Source: a virus
Lineage: Duplodnaviria > Caudoviricetes
DNA length: 64,000 nt
Direction: 5' to 3' (one strand)
Virus record (IMG/VR): IMGVR_UViG_2740892280_000002
Location: 15,512-79,511 of that record
How positions within the stretch are numbered: the first letter of the stretch is position 1; every line of letters starts with the position of its first letter. Made by a program: the position numbers and the translations under genes. This document shows positions 63,527 through 64,000 of the stretch, in pieces. Below the pieces are notes generated by a model. It saw nothing but the letters and a program-made list of their open reading frames with translations. It did no database searches and was not told where the DNA came from.

Positions 63527-64000
63527 ATGCGTTGTAACTATTGCGGAACGAACGTGGATCAACCTTGTATTTCCGAAGCGGAAGCCCGAGCGGAGTGCAA
63601 GATGGACGACGATACTCTCGCGGCTTTTGACGAAGAGGCTTCGGTCTACGTTATGACCACCCGCGAGGTCCCTACGGCGGCTGACGTCTTTTCCGAGCTC
63701 CCGAAATACGAGGGCGACGAAGACGCTTTGATGGCGGTCTTTCGCGATGCGGTCGACCAATGCCTCAAAGGAAAAGGTGACGAGCGCCACGGTCACGGAA
63801 ACTCCCTGACCGATCAACCGATCTATACGATTGTTCGCGGGATGGGCGCAGACGTCGGCAAGGGCGGTCTGATTTTCCAGGCGGCTAAGAAGATGATGGA
63901 GGCGGCGCAAATGCCTCCGGATCGCGCTTATCGGGAGATCCTCGGCGCTCTCGTTTACGCCAACGTCGCGGCTGACTTTGCCCGGCGAGGGGAGTGGTAA
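63527..64000 (+). CDS. conserved phage protein (GKG.ERH family), function unknown
   Basis: A..QC..GKG.ERH....QPI, QA.KK..EA, E.LGA..Y; GGAGAGG RBS. Confidence 0.55.
   Translation: MRCNYCGTNVDQPCISEAEARAECKMDDDTLAAFDEEASVYVMTTREVPTAADVFSELPKYEGDEDALMAVFRDAVDQCLKGKGDERHGHGNSLTDQPIYTIVRGMGADVGKGGLIFQAAKKMMEAAQMPPDRAYREILGALVYANVAADFARRGEW

Noticed and set aside
1-64000. tRNA, rRNA, tmRNA, IS elements, group I/II introns, inteins
   Set aside because: None recognised by eye in intergenic gaps or as interruptions of terminase, helicases or capsid; a tRNAscan/Infernal run is still needed to exclude atypical ones.

Overview
This 64 kb window is part of a long-tailed (siphovirus-type) dsDNA phage genome. 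The host is probably an alphaproteobacterium (rhizobial type), inferred from a GTTC-N7-GTTC LexA box and CTTGAC-N17-CTATAW promoters. Layout: replication and metabolism genes (RepA/AAA_25 helicase, Dda/RecD-like helicase, phage-encoded beta clamp, C5 cytosine MTase, DnaQ-like exonuclease; 1-10.5 kb). Next come leftward operons of small early genes behind near-identical promoter cassettes (10.5-20.7 kb and 24-26.6 kb). These are followed by a CmoA-like SAM enzyme, terminase, portal, an antisense MT-A70 MTase and head genes. A ~11 kb fibre/decoration module sits between the capsid and neck genes, then a lambda-like tail (chaperone with -1 frameshift, tape measure, M/L/K/I/J, fibre) and a lysis cassette. 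No integrase, DNA polymerase, reverse transcriptase, tRNA or CRISPR array was seen in the window. Best leads: (1) a C5 MTase with Arg replacing the motif-X Asn, plus a CmoA-like enzyme, suggesting DNA carboxymethylcytosine; (2) a GTAGCCAAAA motif in at least 21 exact copies, mostly on the sense strand just upstream of genes and once in the loop of a hairpin hiding the endolysin RBS; (3) a twice-present ~300 nt structured non-coding element, a second promoter-driven RNA candidate and a ProQ/FinO-domain protein; (4) a type I toxin-antitoxin-like mini locus; (5) a small gene with a LexA box. All family assignments are by eye from remembered motifs; no searches were run.
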